A model generated the notes under the pieces. That model had not been told where the DNA came from. It worked only from the letters and a program-made list of their open reading frames with translations, and ran no database searches. DNA of 64,000 nt from Mustelus asterias (Eukaryota). The position numbers were made by a program, and so were the translations under genes. The stretch covers positions 434,001-498,000 of the forward strand of contig NW_027590213.1 in assembly GCF_964213995.1 (NCBI RefSeq). The letters are read 5' to 3'. Below, piece after piece: positions 13,266-24,981 of this stretch; position 1 is the stretch's first letter; every line of letters begins with the position of its first letter.

Positions 13266-13705
13266 ATGGAGGCCTTCACGACACACGACAACGCAGAGTC
13301 GCTGAGCAGAGACTGATAGCCAAGTTCCTCACACATGAGGATGGCCTCAACCGGGATCTTGAGTTCAAGTCACACTATCTGTCACCCCCACGACTTGCCT
13401 GGGCTTGCAAAATCTCACTAACTGTCCTGGCTGGAGACAATACACATCTCTTTAACCTGTGCTTAACGCTCTCTCTGCTCACTTTGTCTGTACCTTTAAG
13501 ACGTGATTACCTGTAAAGACTCGCATTCCAACCATTATTTTGTAAATTGAGTTTGTGTCTTTATATGCCCTGTTTGTGAACTGAACTCCCAGTCACCTGA
13601 TGAAGGGGCAGCGCTCCGAAAGCTAGTGGCTTTTGCTACCAAATAAACCTGTTGGACTTTAACCTGGTGGACTTTAACCTGGTGTTGTGAGACTTCTTAC
13701 TGTGT
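13266..13705 (+). mobile_element. Penelope-like retroelement 3' end (GIY-YIG C-terminus plus terminal repeat)
   Basis: Translates to GGLHDTRQRRVAEQRLIAKFLTHEDGLNRDL; followed by hammerhead motif and aataaa. Confidence 0.85.
13591..13631 (+). ncRNA. Minimal type I hammerhead ribozyme motif
   Basis: agtcac CTGATGA a ggggc agc gctcc GAAA gcta gtggct: stem I agtcac/gtggct, stem II, palindromic AGCT in place of stem III. Confidence 0.7.
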
Positions 13706-13709
13706 CCAG

Positions 13710-13775
13710 GACAGGAAGCAGTGAGCATGGATCTGTCAATCAGCCTCAATCAGCACCTTCAGGAGAATTGGGAGG
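13710..13775 (+). other. Putative 66-nt exon 2 of ZNF-B
   Basis: gtccag| acceptor, |gtgaat donor; last-exon acceptor tttacag| at 13941-13942. Confidence 0.55.
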
Positions 13776-14271
13776 GTGAATATTAGATACAGCAGAGTGA
13801 GAATGGAGGGAGAGTGTGTGGGATGGAGATTCACAGCTTTTGGGGAATGAGAGAGGAAAGAATGTTCCATAGAAACTAGAATTGTCTGTTCTGAATTTCT
13901 ATCCTGTACTGACACTGATGACTTTTTCAAACTCGTTTACAGGTTGTCAGGAGGTGAGGATTTATAGAATGAAATTTTGAAACAAACGTCACATTAACAT
14001 CTGACAGTCACTCAATTGATCGGGACCTCAATATCATCGATCTTTGAATCTAGAAGAAATTTTTCTCTGCTCTGCCTGCTTCAGAAGACTTTAAACATCA
14101 GTGTGACTGGAAATGCACCGACACACACACACCTGAGTGAGAGTGTTCCAGTGCACTGAGTGTGGAAAGAGCTTTAACCGGTGACATTCATAGTGGGGCG
14201 AGACTGTACCCGTGTTCTGTGCGAGATTTAACTGACTGTTTAACCTGGACAATCCCAAGGACACCCGCACC

Positions 14272-15198
14272 ATGGAGAAACCGTGGAAATGTGGGGACTG
14301 TGAGAAGCAATTCAAAGCTCCATCTGATTTGGAAATTCATCGGCGCAGTCACACTGGGGAGAGGCCGTTCACCTGCTCTGTGTGTGGGAAGGGATTCACT
14401 CAGTTATCCAACCTGCTGAATCACAAAGTGACTCATACCAAGAAGAGCCCCTTTAAGTGCTCTGATTGTGGGAGTGGATTCAAAAGCTCTGGAGAACTGG
14501 TGTCCCACCAACGCATTCACACTGAGGAGAGACCGTTCAGCTGCTCTCACTGCACAAAGAGATTTCAATGGTCATCCAACCTGAGGACACACCAGCGGGT
14601 TCACACTGGGGAGAGGCCATTCACCTGCTCTCAGTGTGGGAAAGGATTCAGTCATTCATCCACCCTGCAGACACACCAGCGAGTTCACACTGGGAAGAGG
14701 CCGTTCACCTGCTCTGCATGTGGGAAGGGTTTCACTCGGTTATCATACCTGCAGTCACATCAGCGAGTTCACACTGGGGAGAGGCCATTCACCTGCTCTC
14801 AGTGTGAGAAGGGATTCGTTGCATTATCCAGCCTGCAGAGACACCAGCGACTTCACAGTGGGGAGAAACCGTTCATCTGCTCTGAGTGTGGGGAGGGATT
14901 TACTCAGTTATCCAACCTACAGACACACCAGCGAGTTCACACTGGGGAGAGGCCATTCACCTGCTCTCAGTGTGGGAAGGGATTCACTCAATTGTCCAGC
15001 CTGCAAACACACCAGCGAGTTCACACTGGGGAGAGGCCGTTCATTTGCTCTCAGTGTGAGAAGGGATTCACTGACTCATCCGGCCTGCAGAGACACCAGC
15101 GCATTCACACTGGGGAAAGGCCATTCACCTGCTCCCAGTGTGGGAAAGGATTTAGAGTTTCATCCCAGCTGCTGAAACACCAACAAGTTCACGAGTGA
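14272..15198 (+). CDS. C2H2 zinc-finger protein, 11 fingers, 308 aa (ZNF-B)
   Basis: Intact ORF, Kozak GCACCATGG, 11 C2H2 repeats. Confidence 0.9.
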   Translation: MEKPWKCGDCEKQFKAPSDLEIHRRSHTGERPFTCSVCGKGFTQLSNLLNHKVTHTKKSPFKCSDCGSGFKSSGELVSHQRIHTEERPFSCSHCTKRFQWSSNLRTHQRVHTGERPFTCSQCGKGFSHSSTLQTHQRVHTGKRPFTCSACGKGFTRLSYLQSHQRVHTGERPFTCSQCEKGFVALSSLQRHQRLHSGEKPFICSECGEGFTQLSNLQTHQRVHTGERPFTCSQCGKGFTQLSSLQTHQRVHTGERPFICSQCEKGFTDSSGLQRHQRIHTGERPFTCSQCGKGFRVSSQLLKHQQVHE

Positions 15199-17415
15199 TT
15201 CCAGGGGTTGGATTCTGCTGTTATTGTCTCTGCTCTCAATTACATTCAGGACTGCATTTTATTCATTCTCACAGTTGGTCAATGGGGAGGGTCGGGGGGT
15301 TTCTTTCTGCTGGACTGGCCGGTCTCACAACTTTGTCTCCAGTGGGCTGATGCTCTTTGAGTCTTGTTTCGAATACCTGGTTTCAAATTTAACAAGGATC
15401 ACAGAGTGACAGGGTGTGAGGAAGTTCAGAGATATTTAGTCAGCATTTCTGTTTGAAACCCCCCAAATGCCCATCCAATTTCCTTTGCAATTGTTTATTG
15501 TCTCCACTTCCTCCACCCTCGTAGGCAGCGAGTTCCAGGTCATCACCATTCGCTGCATCAAAATATTCTCCCTCACATCCCCTCCTGCATCTCTGACCCA
15601 AAACCTTAAATCTGTGTCTCCCTCGTCCTTGTCCTATCAGCTAATGGGAACAGCTTTTCTTTGTCCACACCTGTCAGAATCTTGTCCACCTCTATCAAAT
15701 CTCCCTTCAACCTCCTTTGCTCCAAGGGAACAACTCCAGCCTGACATCGACAATAAAGAACAAACTAACAGAATATGTTAATACCTGAAATCAAATATTT
15801 AATTTCTGTTTTAAAGATATTGAGAATATATTGTCCTGGACAATAAAGGAATTGGGATAACTCAGGTAAATGAACACAAAAAGATGCTGGAATCTGAAAC
15901 AAAAACAGAAAATGGTGGAAAATCTCGGCAGATCTGACAGCATCTGTGGAGAGAGAATCGAGCTAACATTTCGAGTTTTCTCGACTGCTGAGATTTTATG
16001 CGTCTATTTTATTTTATAATTGAGGATTTATAGGAACCAGTTAAATGTGGAAATTTTAAGCCTGGACGAATTTGGAATAACTGTGAGAATTTTATCGTGT
16101 TGTCACCTCAACCCCAGATAAAGAACAAAGATTTTGCAGGTGGTAACGTGTTTGGTATTTTAAAGCAACAAAGACTAGATGTTGCCTATAAAATCAGGCC
16201 CAGGAAGTTGGCTTAAAAAAGGTTGTTAGAATGAAGGATCTTGTATCTTATTTCAATCAAGGAGTTGTGAGCTTGTAATGCTCTGTCACTTTAAGAAGCT
16301 ATTGCTGTGAGAGAGAATGCTGAGGATTCATTGTTTGAAATTTACGAGCTGTGAGAATCTGTGTGTTTCGTTTGTTTTGTGTGGATGTTTGTAGATGTGT
16401 TTTATCATTGTTTTGGGCTACATTTGTTAAGGTTCATCTTTCTGGGGAATTAACCTCACCTTGTGTCGTTAATTAAAGGCATTTCTGGAAGTTTAAAAAC
16501 AGAACCACAAAAATGCTTAATGCTTCTGGTTATTGTTGTTGTAAAGAACATGCTAAGTTTCTCTGCTTGTGTATGAATGATATTTGTGAATTGCTTCAAG
16601 CTTTGAGGTTTTCTGTCTGTGATTTAAATCAAACAGATTTTTTTTTAAACTGTAATTAATAAAGCTTTTTTTTTCACATATTTACTGGCCAGAGACAGGA
16701 TTCCAGGATATTTTACTAAACATGCAGGAATTTTAATCCGGATACAATTCACCCATGTGAGAATGAGGGTTTTAATTTGTCATGGTTATTTAAAATTTGA
16801 CACATGTGAAATGATTCTGACCAATCCTGTGTTGGACTGACCTTGGGTTAAACTTCCTGTCAGGTCCAAAGATTTATTCCTGATGCAATTGACACAATGA
16901 AAAGGAAAATTCTAGGATTGAATACTGAAGGAAAAAGTTTAAAATGTGGGATTATTAAATAGAAATGATTCCCAGACCATGTGGTCATTAGATTAAAACA
17001 AAGGAAGATCCTGATGTCCATTTGAGAACTTTTAATCCACCCCTTTTCAAACCAAGGGAGTCGATGTACCAAAGAAAGCCCAGGGATAGTAGATAAGGGG
17101 GTCTGTAAAACATCATGATGGGGCACCTATCTGTTCATGAGATGCTCACAAAACCCCATAATGCTCAGATACTAATTTCATTGGACCGATATATAATTGA
17201 TGTAATCTATCACCATTCTGATTGGATTGTGTCCAGCCAGGATGGGCTGAGTAACTGGATAAGAATTGATAGTTTTCTTTGTTGGGGGAGTTGCACATAG
17301 TCAGCCTCTGTGGCTTCTCCTCGCAATATACTGTTCATCGATCGAATCAGGATTGAGTGTTGAATGATTCTTCTGAGTTCATTCCCCCCAACACACTGGG
17401 TACATTACCACTTCA

Positions 17416-17742
17416 GGGCGGCACGGTAGCACAGTGGTTAGCACTGCTGCTTCACAGCTCCAGGGTCCTGGGTTTGATGCTCGGGTCACTGTCTGTGTGG
17501 AGTTTGCACATTCTCCTCGTGTCTGCGTGGGTTTTCTCCGGGTGCTCCGGTTTCCTCCCACAGTCCAAAGATGTGCGGGTTAGGTTGATTGGCCAGGTTA
17601 AAAATTGACCCTTAGAGTCCTGAGATGCGTAGGTTAGAGGGATTAGCAGGTAAAATATGTGGGGGTAGGGCCTGGATGGGATTGTGGTCGGTGCAGACTC
17701 GATGGGCCGAATGGCCTCCTTCTGCACTGCAGGGTTTCTATG
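17416..17742 (+). mobile_element. HE1/V-SINE-type SINE
   Basis: Head, core and tail present. Confidence 0.9.
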
Positions 17743-17744
17743 GT

Positions 17745-19110
17745 TTCATCCTTGGGAATGGTCTGATAGGCCGTGGTCCAGACTACATGTGGACTTTGGG
17801 GGACCTTTCATGAATCACGTGTTTGGTTGTTGTAGATGCGCATTTGCAATGATTGGAAGCACAGATCATGAGTAATATTCCAGCTCCTGTGGCAATAGAG
17901 AAGCTCTGTCAAATTTTCACAAGCCCTGGGTTACCAGATTGGCTTGTTTCAGATAACGACACTCTGTTTACAAGTGATGTGTTTCAGGAATTCCTGTAAA
18001 GGAATGGTCTACGCCATGTGCGTACTGCACCGTTTCATCTGGCTACAAATGGTCTTCATGATGTGGAGATGCTGGCGTTGGGACTGGGGTAAACACAGTA
18101 AGAGTTTAACAACACCAGGTTAAATGCGAGTGGCATTTGCTAACAAATAAACCTGTTAGACTTTAACCTGGTGTTGTTAAAACTCTTACTGTACAAATGG
18201 TTTGGCAGAAAGAGCTGTTCAAACTCTGAAGGAGGGACTGAAGAGAATGGCAGGCGATACTTTATGAACAAAGCTCTCAAGATTTTTGTTCCAGTTTCAT
18301 ATCACACCACCATCCACAACTGGACTCTCTCCTGTGGAATTTTTAGGTAGAAGGTTGAAGTCTCATCTGGATCTGCTTCATCCAGATCTCAGAGCAAAAG
18401 TGAGCAGGAGACAAAGAAGCAGAAGGAGGGACACGACTATCGCGCCAAAGAGAGGCAGTTCAAACCGGGTGATCAGGTTTACATCAGAAACTTTGGGAGG
18501 AACCAAAGGTGGTTACCGGGAATAATTTTAAACCAAAGTGGTCCAGTATCTTGGGTGGTGAGACTGTAAAACGGAAGAGTTGTTCGCAGACACCAAGACC
18601 ATATTCGTTTGCGGTGTGACCCCGAGTCAGGAACAGTTTCAGAGTCAACAACCATTACTGAGAACATGTCAGAGGGTCATGCTGCTGTGGATGTTCACCA
18701 GGAAATGGTTCCAGCTTTGCCAGTTGACTCTGCTGTGGGAGTGGAAGAGGAATGTTCATGTACAGATTCTCAAACTACCTCTTCACCTCTCATTCCAGAA
18801 ACACCATTACAAGATTTACCAGTGGTATTGTACAGGTCGCAATGCAACCACAAAGCTCCTGACAGACTTCCGTATTGTTAAAGACATTACTTTGTTGTAT
18901 TTCTGTCCTGATGGGGGATTGAAATTTAAGGGGAGGAGAAGTGTTACAGAGTGTTCTTCTCAGCCTCTCTCCCTTCTGAGCACGTGCGGGCTTTGGGCGG
19001 GGTTTCAGTCTGCAAGTCCAGGCTGGTTCCAATGCTCCTGTTTCCTTTTGTTTGCCAATGATTTTTAAACTTTGTGTTTTATTTATATAAAGAACATCCT
19101 GCTTTTAACA
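17745..19110 (+). mobile_element. Gypsy LTR retrotransposon 3' part: decayed integrase, polypurine tract and 3' LTR (18942-19110)
   Basis: HPWEWSDRPWSRLHVDFGGPF, SDN, TNGLAERAVQTLKEGL; PPT aaggggaggagaag followed by TGTTA...TAACA. Confidence 0.8.
18054..18191. mobile_element. Penelope-like inverted terminal-repeat insertion with 10-bp TSD
   Basis: tacaaatggt at 18044-18053 and 18192-18201; internal inverted repeat agtaagagtttaacaacaccaggttaaa. Confidence 0.75.
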
Positions 19111-19373
19111 ATGCATTTGACTACCTTATCTGTGGACTGATGTTCCCACAATTGTAAAACAGCCAGATTAGTTAAATGGACAGCTTGAACTGTAAAACAA
19201 TTAAATAATAAATGATTCATTAATACAGATGTTAGGCTAGAATGTAAATTTGAACACAAAAGTTCTTAACTTTTAGAATTATAAACATAATAAGAATGGT
19301 TAAAATGTGTGGGAATTATAAGATATTGCCTTCTGATGCCAACAGAATGGAAAAAACAAAACAAGACTTGTTA

Positions 19374-19832
19374 GGGTGGCCCGGTGGCACACTGGTTAGC
19401 ACTGCTGCCTCACAGTGCCAGGGACCTGGGTTTGATTCCCGGCTTGGGAGACTCTGTGGACTTTGCACGTTGTTCCCGTGTCCGCCTGGTTTTCTTCCGG
19501 GTGCTCTGGTTTCCTCCCACAGTCCGAAAGATGTGCTGGTTAGGTGCATTGACCATGCTAAATTCTCCCTCAGTGTAACCTAAACAGATGCCAGAGTGCG
19601 GTGACTCGGGGATTTTCCCAAGAACTTCATTTATTAGTGTCACAAGTCGGCTTACATTAACACTGCATTGAAGTTACTCTGAAAACCAGCATGTCTTTCG
19701 GACTGTGGGAGGAAACCAGAGCACCTGAAGGAAACCCACGCAGACATGGGGAGAATGTGCATACTGTGACCCAAGCCGGGAGTCGAACCCAGGCCCTAGT
19801 GCTGTGAGGCAGCAGTGCAAACCACTGTGCCC
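19374..19832. mobile_element. Two tail-to-tail tRNA SINEs (19374-~19630 +, ~19630-19832 -)
   Basis: HE1-like heads at both outer ends. Confidence 0.75.
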
Positions 19833-20410
19833 TACAGAGAGGTGTTGGGAGCTGTTGATTTTACAAGTTATCCATGTTTTCGGAGCCATCACTTCATGTC
19901 CTGGTCTGAAAAGGATAGAGAGAAATCTGTTCATAAGATCTTGGAGCAGAATTAGGCCATTCGGCCCATCGAATCTGCTCCGTCATTCGATCATGGCTGA
20001 TGTGCTCCTCATCCCCATGTTCCTGCTTCTCCCGATAACATTTCATCAGTTCATACATTCAATTGTTAAAGCTGAGCTTTCTCCTTTTACTGTTAATCGA
20101 TACTTTCCTTTTTTATCTTTCTGACTTGTTACATTTCTAATGGTTAATAAACTTCCTGAATTCACCATTTAAAGTATTCTTTCTTGCCACATGGTTAAGT
20201 CACTGGAACCTGGTGTGATTTACAGTTATGGAGTTATTGTAAACAAGAGAACCCCATAAATCTTAGTTCAAATAATTCAACAAATGGAATGCTATCCTTT
20301 ATTCTGAGAGAAATTGAACATAGAAGTAGATATTCTGCTTCAGTTATACAGGGCGTTGCTGAAACTGCATCTTGAACACTGGGTGCAGTTTTGTCTCCAA
20401 TTAAACAAAG

Positions 20411-20735
20411 GATCGTAGAATCCCTGCAGTACAGACAGAGGCCGTTCTGTCCACTGAGTCTGTACCAAACACCATCCCACCCAGGCCCTATTCCCATAAC
20501 CCCACACATTTACTCTGCTAATCCCCCCGACACAAGGGTCAATTTAGCATGGCCAATCCACCTAACCCGCACATCTTTGGACTGTGGGAGGAAACCGGAG
20601 CACCCGGATGAAACCCACACAGACATGGGGAGAACGTGCAAACTCCACACAGACAGTGACCCAAGGCTGGAATTGAACCTGGGTCCCTGGTGTTATGATG
20701 CAGCAGTGCTAACCACTGTGCTGCCGTGCTGTCCC
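20411..20735 (-). mobile_element. HE1/V-SINE-type SINE
   Basis: Head, core and tail present. Confidence 0.85.
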
Positions 20736-20916
20736 ATTTTATAAATACCATGGAAGCAGTTCAGAGGAGGTTGACTAGATTGATTCCCAATCCAGTAGTG
20801 TGAAATGTTAACTCTGTTTCTCTCTCCACAGATGCTGCCAGACAAAGAACAAAGAACAGTACAGCACAGGAAACAGGCCCTTCGGCCCTCCAAGCCTGTG
20901 CCACTCCTTGGTCCAA

Positions 20917-23838
20917 CTAGACCAATCGTTTGTATCTCTCCATTCCCAGGCTGCTCATGTGACGATCCAGGTAAGTCTTAAACGATGTCAGCGTGCCTGC
21001 CTCCACCACCCTACTTGGCAGCGCATTCCAGGCCCCCACCACCCTCTGTGTAAAAAACGTCCCTCTGATGCCTGAGTTATACTTCGCCCCTCTCACCTTG
21101 AGCCCGTGACCCCTCGTGATCGTCACCTCCGACCTGGGAAAAAGCTTCCCACTGTTCACCCTATCTATACCCTTCATAATCTTGTATACCTCTATTAGAT
21201 CTCCCCTCATTCTCCGTCTTTCCAAGGAGAACAACCCCAGTCTACCCAATCTCTCCTCATAGCTAAGACCCTCCATACCAGGCAACATCCTGGTAAACCT
21301 TCTCTGCACTCTCTCTAACGCCTCCACGTCCTTCTGGTAGTGCGGCGACCAGAACTGGACGCAGTACTCCAAATGTGGCCTAACCAGCGTTCTATACAGC
21401 TGCATCATCAGACTCCAGCTTTTATACTCTATACCCCGTCCTATAAAGGCAAGCATACCATATGCCTTCTTCACCACCTTCTCCACCTGTGTTGCCACCT
21501 TCAAGGATTTGTGGACTTGCACACCTACGTCCCTCTGTGTTTCTATACTCCTGATGACTCTGCCATTTATTGTATAACTCCTCCCTACATTATTTCTTCC
21601 AAAATGCATCACTTCGCATTTATCCGGATTAAATTCCATCTGCCACCTCTCCACCCAATTTTCCAGCCTATCTATAGCCTGCTGTATTGCCCGACAATGC
21701 TCTTCACTATCCGCAATTCCAGCCATCTTCGTGTCATCCGCAAACTTGCTGATTACACCAGTTGCACCTTCTTCCAAATCATTTATATATATCACAAATA
21801 GCAGAGGTCCCAGTACAGAGCCCTGTGGAACACCACTGGTCACAGACCTCCAGCCGGAAAAAGACCCTTCGACCACTACCCTCTGTCTCCTATGGCCAAG
21901 CCAGTTCTCCACCCATCTAGCCACTTCTCCTTGTATCCCATGAGCCTTAACCTTCTTAACCAACCTGCCATGTGGGACTTTGTCAAATGCCTTACTGAAA
22001 TCCATATAGACGACATCCACGGCCCTTCCTTCATCAACCGTTTTTGTCACTTCCTCAAAAAACTCCACAAAATTTGTAAGGCACGACCTCCCTCTTACAA
22101 AACCATGCTGTCTGTCACTAATGAGATTGTTCCATTCTAAATGCACATACATCCTGTCTCTAAGAATCCTCTCCAACAACTTCCCTACCACGGACGTCAA
22201 GCTCACCGGCCTATAATTTCCTGGGTTATCCCTGCTACCCTTCTTAAACAACGGGACCACATTCGCTATCCTCCAATCCTCAGGGACCTCACCCGTGTCC
22301 AAAGAAGCGACAAAGATTTCCGTCAGAGGCCCAGCAATTTCACCTCTCGTCTCCCTGAGCAGTCGAGGATAGATGCCATCAGGCCCTGGGGCTTTGTCAG
22401 TTTTAATGTTCCTTAAAAAACCTAACACTTCTTCTCTTGTAATGGAGATTTTCTCTAACGGGTCAACACCTCCCTCCGAGACACTCCCGGTTAACACGCC
22501 CCTCTCCTTCGTGAATACCGATGCAAAGTATTCATTTAGGATCTCCCCTATTCCCTTGGGTTCTAAGCATAATTCCCCTCCTTTGTCCCTGAGAGGTCCG
22601 ATTTTCTCCCTGACAACTCTTTTGTTCCTAACGTATGAATAGAATGCCTTAGGATTCTCCTTAATCCTGCCTGCCAAGAACATCTCGTGACCTCTTTTTG
22701 CCCTTCTAACTCCCCGTTTGAGATCTTTCCTACTCTCTCTGTATTCCTCCAGAGCTCCATCTGTTTTCAGTTGCCTGGACTTAACGTACGCCTCCCTTTT
22801 CATTTTAATCAGATCCTCAATTTCCCTGGTTATCCACGGCTCTCGAATCCTACCTTTCCTATCTTTCCTTTTTACAGGCACATGCCTATCCTGCAGCCTT
22901 ATCAATAGTTCCTTAAAAGACTCCCACATGCCAGACGCGGACTTACCCTCGAACATCCTCTCCCAATCAACATCCACCAGTTCCTGCCTAATCCGGCTAT
23001 AGTCAGCCTTCCCCCAATTTAGCACCCTGCCCGTAGGACAGCACTCATCCTTGTCCATTACTATCTTAAAGTTAACAGAGTTGTGGTCACTATTTGCCAC
23101 ATGTTCCCCTACCGAAACTTTGACGACCTGACCGGGCTCATTTCCCAGAACTAGGTCCAGTATAGCCCCCTCTCTAGTCGGGCTATCTACATACTGTTCC
23201 AAAGAACCTTCCAGTACACATTTTACAAATTCCTCCCCGTCCGGTCCCCCAGCTCTAAGCACTTTCCAGTCTGTGCCAGGGAAATTAAAGTCCCCCACTA
23301 CGACAACCCTATGTTTTCTGCACCTATCCAGAATCTCCTGACATATCCTTTCCTCCACTTCCCGTGGGCTGTTGGGTGGTCTGTAGTACACCCCCAGCAT
23401 AGTGACTGCACCCTTCCTGTTTCTGAGTTCCACCCACAGCGACTCAGTACATGACCCCTCTAAGTTGTCTACCCTCTGCACCGCGGTAATATGCTCCTTA
23501 ACTAATATCGCTACTCCCCCACCTTTTTTAGCCCCTCCTCTGTCTCGCCTAAAACACTTATACCCCGGAATATTCAGCTGCCAGTCCTGTCCTTTTAACC
23601 AAGTTTCCGTCACCGCAACCACATCCAAATTCCGCACAAGCATTAAGGCCCTAAGTTTGTCTGTTTTACCCGTTACACTCCTCGCATTGAAGCAGATGCA
23701 CTCCAGAGCTCCAGGCCCAGTCAGGTCCTCCTCCTCCAGAGTGCTCCTCTTCTTAGCTAGCCTTGCCCTGGCCCCCAGCTCGACCCCAGCCTCAGTATTT
23801 ACTGACCTCCTGTTTTGTTCCCCACCCCCCTGCCACAC
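20917..23838 (-). CDS. CR1 ORF2: APE endonuclease plus reverse transcriptase, 973 codons, uninterrupted
   Basis: NARS, ETW, YRPP, GDFN, SDH endonuclease motifs; PGPDG, GVPQGSVLGP, FADD RT motifs. Confidence 0.95.
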   Translation of the reverse strand: MWQGGGEQNRRSVNTEAGVELGARARLAKKRSTLEEEDLTGPGALECICFNARSVTGKTDKLRALMLVRNLDVVAVTETWLKGQDWQLNIPGYKCFRRDRGGAKKGGGVAILVKEHITAVQRVDNLEGSCTESLWVELRNRKGAVTMLGVYYRPPNSPREVEERICQEILDRCRKHRVVVVGDFNFPGTDWKVLRAGGPDGEEFVKCVLEGSLEQYVDSPTREGAILDLVLGNEPGQVVKVSVGEHVANSDHNSVNFKIVMDKDECCPTGRVLNWGKADYSRIRQELVDVDWERMFEGKSASGMWESFKELLIRLQDRHVPVKRKDRKGRIREPWITREIEDLIKMKREAYVKSRQLKTDGALEEYRESRKDLKRGVRRAKRGHEMFLAGRIKENPKAFYSYVRNKRVVREKIGPLRDKGGELCLEPKGIGEILNEYFASVFTKERGVLTGSVSEGGVDPLEKISITREEVLGFLRNIKTDKAPGPDGIYPRLLRETRGEIAGPLTEIFVASLDTGEVPEDWRIANVVPLFKKGSRDNPGNYRPVSLTSVVGKLLERILRDRMYVHLEWNNLISDRQHGFVRGRSCLTNFVEFFEEVTKTVDEGRAVDVVYMDFSKAFDKVPHGRLVKKVKAHGIQGEVARWVENWLGHRRQRVVVEGSFSGWRSVTSGVPQGSVLGPLLFVIYINDLEEGATGVISKFADDTKMAGIADSEEHCRAIQQAIDRLENWVERWQMEFNPDKCEVMHFGRNNVGRSYTINGRVIRSIETQRDVGVQVHKSLKVATQVEKVVKKAYGMLAFIGRGIEYKSWSLMMQLYRTLVRPHLEYCVQFWSPHYQKDVEALERVQRRFTRMLPGMEGLSYEERLGRLGLFSLERRRMRGDLIEVYKIMKGIDRVNSGKLFPRSEVTITRGHGLKVRGAKYNSGIRGTFFTQRVVGAWNALPSRVVEAGTLTSFKTYLDRHMSSLGMERYKRLV

Positions 23839-24566
23839 TAGTTTAAATCCTGCCGAAACCCTCTAGCAAAACTCCCAGCCAGGATATTTGCTCCCTTCCA
23901 GTTAAGGTGTAACCCATCCTTTCTGTACAGTTGCCATCCTGACTTGAAGATTTCCCAGTTATCTATGAATTTAAAACCCTCCCTCTTGCACCAGTCCTTT
24001 AGCCACGCGTTCAACTGTAGAATCTCCCTGTTCCGAGCCTCACTTGCACTAGGCACCGGGAGCAGTCCAGATATTGCTACCCTGGAGGTCTTACTTTTTA
24101 GCCTAGCACCCAACTCCCTGAATTTCTCTCGTATGACCCCCCTGCTCTTCCTACCTACATCATTTCCCCCAATGTATACAATCACATCCGTTTGACTACC
24201 TTCCTTTTTAAATATGCTTCCTACCCTCTCGGAGACATCCAGTACCCCGGCACCAGGGAGGCAGACTACCATCCTGGATTCTCGTTCAGTCCCACAGAAG
24301 CGCCTGTCCGTGCCTCTAACCATTGTGTCCCCCACAACTATCGCTCTCCTAAACCCCTTCTTTCCTTTCTGGACCCCTGAGCCTGTCTCCGTGGAGGCGA
24401 TCTGGTCCTCGTGGCTTTCCCCTGGAGGGTCATCCCCCTCCACAGAATCCAAAACAATATACCTATTTTGGAGGGGGACAACCACAGGGGATCCCTCCAC
24501 AGACTGCTCACTCCCTTCCCTTCTCCCATCTGTTGCCCATTCCTTTCTTTTATGGGAGACAGCCAC
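23838..24566 (-). CDS. CR1 ORF1 C-terminal part, SGNH/GDSL esterase-like domain (truncated)
   Basis: VVGDTMVR, CLPGAG, IGGND, DGLHLN blocks; upstream part has an in-frame stop and is cut at 24680. Confidence 0.85.
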   Translation of the reverse strand: MAVSHKRKEWATDGRREGSEQSVEGSPVVVPLQNRYIVLDSVEGDDPPGESHEDQIASTETGSGVQKGKKGFRRAIVVGDTMVRGTDRRFCGTERESRMVVCLPGAGVLDVSERVGSIFKKEGSQTDVIVYIGGNDVGRKSRGVIREKFRELGARLKSKTSRVAISGLLPVPSASEARNREILQLNAWLKDWCKREGFKFIDNWEIFKSGWQLYRKDGLHLNWKGANILAGSFARGFRQDLN

Positions 24567-24981
24567 TGGGGTACTTTATGGCACATCACCCTTCTGACTA
24601 TTACCCCTCCTAACCGTGACCCACGTGTCTTCCTTCCGAGACCCTGGTGTCACTACCTGACTATAACTTTTATCTATTACCTGCTGCATTTTTCCAGTCC
24701 TTTCTGTATTTATTTCAGATCTACTTGTCGTGGGGGGAAAAACACTATTTACTATCCAGGATAAAATAAATGTCCTTCATCAGCTTTTGTGGATCATTTC
24801 AGTGGCAATGTGCTCTCCCAGGCTCAAAGAGCATTAGCCCCATTGGAAGCAAAGTCGTGCGATCGGCCAGTCCAGCAGAAAGAATCTCTCCTACCCTTCC
24901 ACTTCACCAACTATAAGAATAAACATGGTTCAGTCCTGGATGTGATTAATGGCAGGAATAACAGCAGAATCCAACCCGTCA

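Larger units (their letters stand above)
20844..24680 (-). mobile_element. Young CR1 LINE, 5'-truncated within ORF1
   Basis: ORF1 part, ORF2, 3' UTR and (ttctttg)n tail; splits an older repeat (gatgctgccagac|ctgctgc). Confidence 0.95.
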
